Assembly: GCA_040752125.1 (NCBI GenBank) | Contig: JBFMFK010000006.1 | Span: forward strand, 1,152 to 65,151 | Source: Patescibacteria group bacterium | GTDB taxonomy: Bacteria; Patescibacteriota; Minisyncoccia; UBA9983 | DNA: 64,000 nt | Direction: 5' to 3' | Shown: piece after piece, positions 57,565-64,000 of the stretch | How positions within the stretch are numbered: position 1 is the stretch's first letter | How the letters are laid out: each line of letters begins with the position of its first letter | Made by a program: the position numbers and the translations under genes | Notes under the pieces: generated by a model | The model's database searches: none | Told to the model about the DNA's origin: nothing | Seen by the model: the letters and a program-made list of their open reading frames with translations, nothing else

Positions 57565-59229
57565 ATGGCTAAACTCTCAGATAAAAAATCTCAAATAAAA
57601 GAAATCCGAGAGCAAGAAGCAGAAGAACTAGCCAAGATTCTCTCTGTAAAATATAAACTTCCCTACCTCAATCTGGCAACAATATCAATTGATTTAGACG
57701 CCCTCAGGATCGTTCCCGAAGATAAGGCCAGAAGCGCAAAACTGGCTGTTTTCCAAAAAAATGACAAAAAACTGGATATTGCCATTTTTAGTCCCAATCT
57801 AGAATCAACTCAAAATACCATTAAAGAACTTGAGCAGAATGATTTCAGGGTCAAACTCTATATGGTTTCTGAAAGCAGTCTTAATAAGGTCTGGAAAAGA
57901 TATCGTGAAGTACCGGAATTTGTGGAGATCTCTAAGGGTATTATTGATGTTTCTCAACAAAAACTGGAGGAGTTTATGGAGAAAGCGGGGATGTTAGAAG
58001 ATTTAAGAAATATTTTTTTTTCATTAATAGATTCTAAAAAGGTTCGCCGTGTCTCCGAAACGTTGGAGATTATTATTGCAGGAGCAATCAGCTCTGATTC
58101 GTCCGATATTCATATTGAACCGCAAGAGGGGAAAATAAGATTAAGATTCAGATTGGATGGAGTTCTCCACGATATCCTTTTTTTTGATCCCAAAATATAC
58201 AATCTCGTTCTCTCCAGAATAAAATTAGTTTCCGGCCTAAAACTAAATGTCCATAATCAGGCACAGGACGGCCGTTTTAGTGTTCGCATCAAGGATTTAG
58301 AAATAGAAATCAGGACCTCGATCATTCCTGGTCCTTATGGCGAAAGTGTAGTGATGAGAATTTTAAATCCAAAATCTATTAATGTGGCCCTTGAAGATCT
58401 GGGAATGGAAAAACATCTTTATGAGGTAACCCTGGAAGAAATCAAGAAACCTAATGGCATGCTTTTAACCACCGGCCCAACTGGTTCTGGAAAAACAACA
58501 ACACTTTATTCTTTTTTAAAAAAAATATATTCCCCGGGAATTAAAATAATCACCCTTGAAGATCCAATTGAATATCATTTAACAGGCATTACTCAAACAC
58601 AAATAGATGATGCTAGGGGCTATGGTTTTGCTGAAGGTCTAAGGGCTATTTTGCGACAAGATCCTGATATTATTATGGTAGGCGAAATCCGCGATCTGGA
58701 AACTGCCAAAATAGCGATGAATGCTGCCCTGACCGGCCATTTTGTTTTTTCAACTCTCCATACCAATAATGCCGGTGGAACAATCCCCAGATTAATAGAT
58801 ATCGGTGTCAATCCGGCCATCATTGCTCCTGCCTTAAATATGTCTATGGCTCAACGATTGGTAAGAAAACTCTGCAATAATTGCAAGGTGCAAAAAAAAC
58901 CAACAGACCAAGAAAAAGAAAAGATAAAACAAATTCTGGATTCTTTTCCTAAAAATATTCCTGTTCAAGATATTAACCAAATGTCAATCTGGGAAAGCAA
59001 AGGCTGCCGCCTGTGTAATAATATTGGATATAAGGGAAGGATTGGAGTTTTTGAAGCTATACTGATAAACCCGGAAATAGAAAATTTAATTCTCCACAAT
59101 CCAAGCGAAACAGAAATCTGGAAGGCGGCAAAAATGCAAGGACTGTTGGATATGCGACAGGATGGAATAATAAAAGTATTAAAGGGAATAACCTCTTTTG
59201 ATGAATTAAGACGAGTTGTAGAATTGTAG
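57565..59229 (+). CDS. pilB: type IV pilus assembly ATPase PilB / GspE family
   Basis: GSPII_E N-terminal domain. Walker A GPTGSGKTTTL. Tetracysteine CNNC...CRLC. Confidence 0.85.
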   Translation: MAKLSDKKSQIKEIREQEAEELAKILSVKYKLPYLNLATISIDLDALRIVPEDKARSAKLAVFQKNDKKLDIAIFSPNLESTQNTIKELEQNDFRVKLYMVSESSLNKVWKRYREVPEFVEISKGIIDVSQQKLEEFMEKAGMLEDLRNIFFSLIDSKKVRRVSETLEIIIAGAISSDSSDIHIEPQEGKIRLRFRLDGVLHDILFFDPKIYNLVLSRIKLVSGLKLNVHNQAQDGRFSVRIKDLEIEIRTSIIPGPYGESVVMRILNPKSINVALEDLGMEKHLYEVTLEEIKKPNGMLLTTGPTGSGKTTTLYSFLKKIYSPGIKIITLEDPIEYHLTGITQTQIDDARGYGFAEGLRAILRQDPDIIMVGEIRDLETAKIAMNAALTGHFVFSTLHTNNAGGTIPRLIDIGVNPAIIAPALNMSMAQRLVRKLCNNCKVQKKPTDQEKEKIKQILDSFPKNIPVQDINQMSIWESKGCRLCNNIGYKGRIGVFEAILINPEIENLILHNPSETEIWKAAKMQGLLDMRQDGIIKVLKGITSFDELRRVVEL

Positions 59230-59242
59230 TTTGAAAAATAAA

Positions 59243-59414
59243 ATCACCCCATAATCCTCTAAGCAACTCTTTCAACATGGGTATCAAAAGTTTAGAGTTT
59301 TTAATAAAGAGAAACCCAGCAAAACCAACTCAAGGCTGGAAACCAGAAATTCTTTTTAAAAACTCCGATAAAGCAAATAACTCTGCTTTGTTGCTTAGAG
59401 GATTATGGGGTGAT
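59243..59414. mobile_element. 172-bp element with perfect 25-bp terminal inverted repeats (MITE-like or long structured RNA)
   Basis: atcaccccataatcctctaagcaac at 59243-59267 is the exact reverse complement of gttgcttagaggattatggggtgat at 59390-59414. A second internal 10-bp pairing (gagtttttaa / ttaaaaactc) exists. Confidence 0.5.
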
Positions 59415-59463
59415 TAACCAATAATTTTTAAGCCTTAAATTATTTTAACAAAAAATAGTTATT

Positions 59464-60471
59464 ATGTCAAGCCTAAGGAATTTAAATCAGTTTGAACGTG
59501 AAGACAAGATATTGGACCAAACCCTAAGACCACGGCAATGGGAAGAATATATTGGCCAAGAAACCATAAAAAAGAATTTAAAGATATTGTTGGAAGCGGC
59601 CATGGAACGTCAAGAATCAGCTGAACATCTTCTTTTTTACGGACCCGCAGGTTTAGGAAAAACAACACTAGCTTATCTTATTGCAAAAGAATTAAATGTG
59701 CAAATGAGAGTCACCTCAGGGCCGGCCATTGAAAGAGTGGGTGATCTTGCTTCAATTTTAACAAATCTTTCTCGGGGGGATATTTTATTTATAGATGAAG
59801 CTCACCGACTAAATAAACTAGTGGAAGAAATTCTCTATCCAGCAATGGAATCCGGCACTTTAGATATTATAATAGGAAAAGGACCTTCTGCAAGAACCAT
59901 TCAATTAGAACTTCCGCCATTCACATTAATAGCCGCCACCACCAGAATAGCTCTTCTCTCATCGCCTTTAAGGTCTCGTTTTTCCGGAGGAATCTTTAGA
60001 CTTGATTTTTACGAAGAAGATGAAATCAAAAAAATAATCTTACGCTCTGCCAGAATATTAAATGCAGCTATAGACGAAGAAGCAGCTAAGGAGATTGCCA
60101 AAAGAAGCAGATTTACACCAAGGATCGCTAATAATCTATTGAAGCGGTGCCGTGATTATGCGCAGGTTCATAAAAAAGAAATAATTGATCTGGAAACAGC
60201 AAGAAAGACAATGGAATTATTGGAGATTGATGACAAGGGACTTAATAAGCACGATAGAGAAATTCTGAAAATTTTAATTGAAAAGTTTGGAGGAGGACCA
60301 GTTGGTCTCCAGACAATAGCTGCGGCAACTTCAGAAGATGAAGCCACGATTGAGGAAGTTTGCGAACCATATTTATTACAATTAGGCTTTATAGAAAGAA
60401 CTCCTCGCGGCCGAATGGCCACGCCTCATGCATATAAACACTTGGATAAAAACCCGCCCAGACTCATTTAA
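59464..60471 (+). CDS. ruvB: Holliday junction DNA helicase RuvB
   Basis: GPAGLGKTT Walker A, DEAHRL, C-terminal winged helix. Confidence 0.95.
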   Translation: MSSLRNLNQFEREDKILDQTLRPRQWEEYIGQETIKKNLKILLEAAMERQESAEHLLFYGPAGLGKTTLAYLIAKELNVQMRVTSGPAIERVGDLASILTNLSRGDILFIDEAHRLNKLVEEILYPAMESGTLDIIIGKGPSARTIQLELPPFTLIAATTRIALLSSPLRSRFSGGIFRLDFYEEDEIKKIILRSARILNAAIDEEAAKEIAKRSRFTPRIANNLLKRCRDYAQVHKKEIIDLETARKTMELLEIDDKGLNKHDREILKILIEKFGGGPVGLQTIAAATSEDEATIEEVCEPYLLQLGFIERTPRGRMATPHAYKHLDKNPPRLI

Positions 60472-60494
60472 AATTCACAATTAAATTGGGCTAT

Positions 60495-60515
60495 GTTTGA
60501 CATCGGAAGTTGAAC
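60495..60515. repeat. degenerate solo copy of the IS200-like copy-2 terminal hairpin (gtttgacatcggaagttgaac)
   Basis: 17 of 21 positions match gtgcgacttcggaagtcgaac. A similar following motif a(g/a)attga is present. Confidence 0.35.
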
Positions 60516-60552
60516 AATTGATTCTTGGTTTAAAATTCTATATTCTATCCTC

Positions 60553-61092
60553 ATGGCCGGACACTCTAAATGGGCTCAAATTAAAAGGCAAAAAGGCGCG
60601 GCCGATGCGAAAAAGAGTCAGATTTTTTCCAAGCTTGCCAGAATGATCGCCATAGCTGTAAGAAAAGGAGAGGATCCGGGGATGAATCCTGAACTTCGCG
60701 TTGCCATAGACAAGGCAAAAGAGGCCAATATGCCTGCTGATAATATTGAACGCGCCATAAAGCGAAGTACTGGAAAACTGGAAGGTGTGCAGTTAGAGAA
60801 TCTTAAAATAGAAGCGTATGGTCCGGCTGGCATTGCCATCATTATCGAAGCAATCACGGACAATAGAAACAGAACCATTGCGGAGATCAAACACATTCTC
60901 TCAAAATACGGTGCCAAATGGGCTGAACCCGGCTCTGTTGTTTGGTCCTTTGAACCGCTTGCTGGCGGGAAAGGCTGGAAACCAAAACATACCATTGAAA
61001 TCTCTGAAAAAGACGCTAAGGCCCTGGATAAATTATTAGAAGAATTAGATGATCATGATGATGTTAATGAACTTTTCACAAATAGTTCATAA
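60553..61092 (+). CDS. YebC/PmpR-family protein, short form (179 aa)
   Basis: MAGHSKWAQIKRQKGAADAKK...DNRNRT conserved N-terminus. The middle domain is abbreviated. Confidence 0.75.
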   Translation: MAGHSKWAQIKRQKGAADAKKSQIFSKLARMIAIAVRKGEDPGMNPELRVAIDKAKEANMPADNIERAIKRSTGKLEGVQLENLKIEAYGPAGIAIIIEAITDNRNRTIAEIKHILSKYGAKWAEPGSVVWSFEPLAGGKGWKPKHTIEISEKDAKALDKLLEELDDHDDVNELFTNSS

Positions 61093-61133
61093 ACCAAAGC
61101 ACAAAAGATAAAAAGCAAAAAAATTAAAATATT

Positions 61134-61616
61134 ATGATTATTTTAGGTATTGATCCAGGATTTGACAGACTGGGATATGCCGTTCTATCTAAAGAAAAAA
61201 GGGGGTTGAAATTAATCCATTCAGATTGCCTTTTATCTGAAAAAAAATTACCTTATGAGAAAAGACTTTTTTTCTTAGCTGAAAAAGTAGGGAGAATAAT
61301 CACCAAATACCATCCGGATATTTTGGCTATTGAAAAAATATTTTTTACAAAAAACCAAAAAACGGCCCTAAGGATTTCTGAAATGAGAGGGGCAATTCTT
61401 TATTTAGCTTCTTCTTATAATCTCTGTGTTTTAGAACTGACTCCTCTTCAGGTAAAAATAGCCATCACTGGTTATGGTCGGGCTGAAAAATCACAGATCC
61501 AAAAAATGATTGGCAATGAATTAAAAATAAAAAACAAGCCAAAATATGATGATGAAACCGATGCCATTGCCATTGGCCTTACTGCCTCTTTTTATTTATC
61601 CACAATAAAAAATTAA
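61134..61616 (+). CDS. ruvC: crossover junction endodeoxyribonuclease RuvC
   Basis: MIILGIDPGFDRLGYAV, RNase H-like catalytic D/E/D/D spacing. Confidence 0.85.
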   Translation: MIILGIDPGFDRLGYAVLSKEKRGLKLIHSDCLLSEKKLPYEKRLFFLAEKVGRIITKYHPDILAIEKIFFTKNQKTALRISEMRGAILYLASSYNLCVLELTPLQVKIAITGYGRAEKSQIQKMIGNELKIKNKPKYDDETDAIAIGLTASFYLSTIKN

Positions 61617-61691
61617 ATGCTTTACATTTTTATTTTTTTTGCTAAAAGTTAAATCTATAGGTCGTATTTTTATAGAAACATAGCCTAATTT

Positions 61692-61880
61692 ATGGAAGAT
61701 TTACAAAACATATTTCTCAAGACAAGGTATGAAGATGACTACCTGAATAACGAAGATCTTGGAGAAGACAAAGAGAGAGGGGCAGAAGAACCTGATGAAG
61801 AGCTGGGTGAAGAAGAATTTTTAGAAGATGATTCGGATGACTATGAAGATTATGAAAGCGAAGGGCTAGAAAAAGAATAA
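61692..61880 (+). CDS. small highly acidic protein (62 aa)
   Basis: About 45% Asp/Glu. Followed immediately by a hairpin terminator. Confidence 0.4.
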   Translation: MEDLQNIFLKTRYEDDYLNNEDLGEDKERGAEEPDEELGEEEFLEDDSDDYEDYESEGLEKE

Positions 61881-61887
61881 TCAAAAA

Positions 61888-61915
61888 CTCCCTGTTTTTC
61901 ACAGGGGGTTTTTAA
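61888..61915. terminator. hairpin terminator (ctccctgt-ttttc-acagggg + GTTTTT) shared by the convergent acidic-protein gene and tyrS
   Basis: Seen directly in the sequence. Confidence 0.5.
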
Positions 61916-63063
61916 ATCAGAATCTTAACAAATCTTTTCTTCCCAATTCTTATAATTGAATTTTTCTTTATAAGAAAGTGCGTATCCTTAATCAAACTGC
62001 CATCACTCTCTATGGCGCCGGATCTGATCAATCTGCGGAATTCGCTCTTTGATTCAATGATTTTATTTTCTGCAAGAACATCACCCAATTCTTTTTGGCT
62101 GTTGATTTTAAGAGTTTCTATTTTTTCTGGGAATTCCTTTTTTTGGAAAATTTTTATAAAATTTTCCCGGGCCTTTTCTGCCTCTTTCTCGCTATGATAA
62201 TTTTTTACGATTTCGTAAGCCAATCTTAATTTTGCATCACGCAGATTCGCGATTTTTTTAATTTCAGAGGAAATTTCTGTTGTTAATTCTGCCCAAGAGT
62301 TTATTAATTTGTCGGGGATAGACATCGTCTTCCCAAACATCTGCTCGCTAGATTCGGTAATGCCAATATAATTATCTAGGGATTTAGACATTTTTTGCTC
62401 GCCATCTGTGCCAATTAATAACGGTAAACAGATAATGTCTTGTTCTTCTTGTTTCATTCTTCTTTGGAGGGTGCGGCCAGCCAGCATATTAAATTTTTGA
62501 TCAACTCCGCCGATTTCCACATCAGACTTAGTTTTGACTGAATCATAGGCCTGCATCAGCGGATATAAAATTTCCCGCATGGTGATCTCTGTGCCATTTT
62601 TTATTCTTTTCTCAAAATCATCTCTTTCTAAAATTCTCTGGACGGTAAATTTATCAGCGATCTCTAAAATTTCTTTCCATCCTTCCCTTGCAAACCATTC
62701 GCTGTTTTGGTGTATTTCTGTCTTTTTTATGTCTAAGATCTTTCCTGCCTGCCTGAAATATGTTTTTGCGTTTTTCTTTATCTGCCTTTCTGATAAAATC
62801 GGCCTTGCTGTTGATCTACCTGAAGGATCGCCTATCCTTGCGGTAAAATCTCCGATAATAAAAATAATTTTGTGGCCCAAATCCTGAAACTCTTTTAATT
62901 TCCTCAAGATGACCGCGTGTCCCAAATGAAGATCGGGCGCTGTTGGATCTGCACCGTGCTTTATTCTTAATCGCTCTCCGGCCCGCAGACGTTCCTCTAG
63001 ATGTTTCCTCTCTATCACTTCTGTCACATTATGACTTAAAAGTTGTTCAGTGGTATCCGGCAT
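61912..63063 (-). CDS. tyrS: tyrosyl-tRNA synthetase
   Basis: HLGH (HIGH) and KMSKS motifs. C-terminal S4-like domain. Confidence 0.9.
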   Translation of the reverse strand: MPDTTEQLLSHNVTEVIERKHLEERLRAGERLRIKHGADPTAPDLHLGHAVILRKLKEFQDLGHKIIFIIGDFTARIGDPSGRSTARPILSERQIKKNAKTYFRQAGKILDIKKTEIHQNSEWFAREGWKEILEIADKFTVQRILERDDFEKRIKNGTEITMREILYPLMQAYDSVKTKSDVEIGGVDQKFNMLAGRTLQRRMKQEEQDIICLPLLIGTDGEQKMSKSLDNYIGITESSEQMFGKTMSIPDKLINSWAELTTEISSEIKKIANLRDAKLRLAYEIVKNYHSEKEAEKARENFIKIFQKKEFPEKIETLKINSQKELGDVLAENKIIESKSEFRRLIRSGAIESDGSLIKDTHFLIKKNSIIRIGKKRFVKILI

Positions 63064-63126
63064 ATTTTAAATCAATCTTAACATTTTTATAGACAAAAAC
63101 AAATTTTAGGATTAAGATAATTTAAC

Positions 63127-64000
63127 AATGATTAAGAAAAAACAGACAAAGTTCAATAAGTTTGTACTCGGATTAATATTTTTATTTATCATTATTGGTA
63201 TTTTTATAATGATTGCGCTGACCTTCTGGATGGCGACCTTAAGACTTCCTGATCTAGAGTCTTTTGAAAATAGAAAAGTAATAGAATCTACAAAAATCTA
63301 TGACCGCACAGGAAAAATTCTTTTATGGGATATTCATGAAAATATTCAGCGAACTGTGATAACTTCAGATAAAATTTCTCCCCACCTCAAAAATGCCACC
63401 GTAGCCATTGAAGATGCAGATTTTTATAAACACCGCGGTATAGATTTTAAGGGGATTGTTAGAGCTATTCTGGTAAATATTGGTTCAATATCTTTAAGAG
63501 AAGGCGGCTCAACCATTTCCCAACAATTGGTAAAAAATAGTCTTCTTTCTGGAGAAAAAAGTTTCATCAGAAAAACAAAAGAGGTAATTCTCACATTAAA
63601 ACTAGAGAGAAATTTTTCAAAAGAGAAAATACTGGAACTTTATCTTAATGAAATTCCTTATGGCGGAAATAATTATGGCGCTGAAGCAGCCAGCCAGCAT
63701 TTTTTTGGAAAATCAGCCAGTGAGCTCTCTTTGGCTGAGGCAGCATATTTGGCCGCCCTGCCCCAGGCACCGACTTATTATTCGCCCTTCGGAAACCATC
63801 GGAACGAACTGGAAACTAGAAAAAATCTTGTATTAAAAAAGATGTATGAGCTTGGTTTTATAACAAAAGAAGAGGAGGAAGGGGCGGAAAAAGAAAAAGC
63901 AAAATTTATTCCCAGGGGTGAACAGAAAATTAGGGCGCCTCATTTTGCCATTCATATCCGTTCGTATTTAGAGCAAAAATACGGAGAAGATATTATTGAA
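63127..64000 (+). CDS. penicillin-binding protein 1A-type, transglycosylase (GT51) domain, 3'-partial (runs off the window)
   Basis: N-terminal TM helix, EDADFYKHRGIDF, GGSTISQQL, and KTKEVILTLKLE motifs of GT51. No stop before the end of the window. Confidence 0.8.

Noticed and set aside
1-64000. Diversity-generating retroelement or retron associated with the repeat-rich surface proteins
   Set aside because: No reverse-transcriptase-like ORF (no YxDD-type motif) was seen in any frame of the ORF track. The intragenic repeats look like ordinary tandem duplications.

Overview
This is a low-GC window with short genes whose repertoire is consistent with a small-genome, episymbiont-like bacterium (Candidate Phyla Radiation/Patescibacteria-like): there are no L30 or L29 genes in the spc/S10 cluster, there is type IV pilus machinery, and there are very large repeat-rich surface proteins. 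The backbone is the ribosomal-protein superoperon on the minus strand, running rpsL-rpsG-fusA / tuf-rpsJ-rplC-rplD-...-rplO-secY-adk-map. It is interrupted by non-canonical inserts: two IS200/IS605-like Y1 (HUH) transposase genes flanked by hairpin inverted repeats, a thioredoxin-CcdA fusion between rplD and rplW, and a repeat-containing surface protein between rplX and rplE. I called ten tRNA genes by hand-folding: Gly-TCC, Pro-GGG, His-GTG, Leu-GAG, Val-TAC, Val-CAC, Arg-TCT, Ser-TGA, Arg-GCG and Lys-TTT. Other content includes secE plus the start of nusG, an NYN RNase, a P1B-type P-type ATPase, pilM/pilN/pilO-like and pilB, ruvA/ruvB/ruvC/ruvX, polA, holA, tyrS, mutM, a Mur ligase, tsaE, and a partial PBP1A gene at the 3' edge. 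A cluster of adhesin-like giant proteins sits at 40.1-45.5 kb, and an accessory islet at 45.5-49.4 kb next to tRNA-Lys carries HEPN/MNT, a four-helix-bundle protein, an LTD-like protein, DoxX and DUF458. Non-coding structure worth attention includes the following. A 172-bp element with perfect 25-bp terminal inverted repeats lies between pilB and ruvB. A wHTH/Cas2-like regulator is flanked by two copies of a 20-bp palindromic operator. A promoter-plus-terminator pair suggests a small RNA or attenuator. The tRNA-Ser acceptor helix is extended by 13 bp. There is an in-frame perfect palindrome inside the PduO-type adenosyltransferase gene. Several tandem repeats and recent duplications occur inside coding sequences. 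CDS coordinates follow the supplied ORF track. Coordinates of tRNAs, repeats, promoters and terminators were derived by eye and are approximate (within a few bases).
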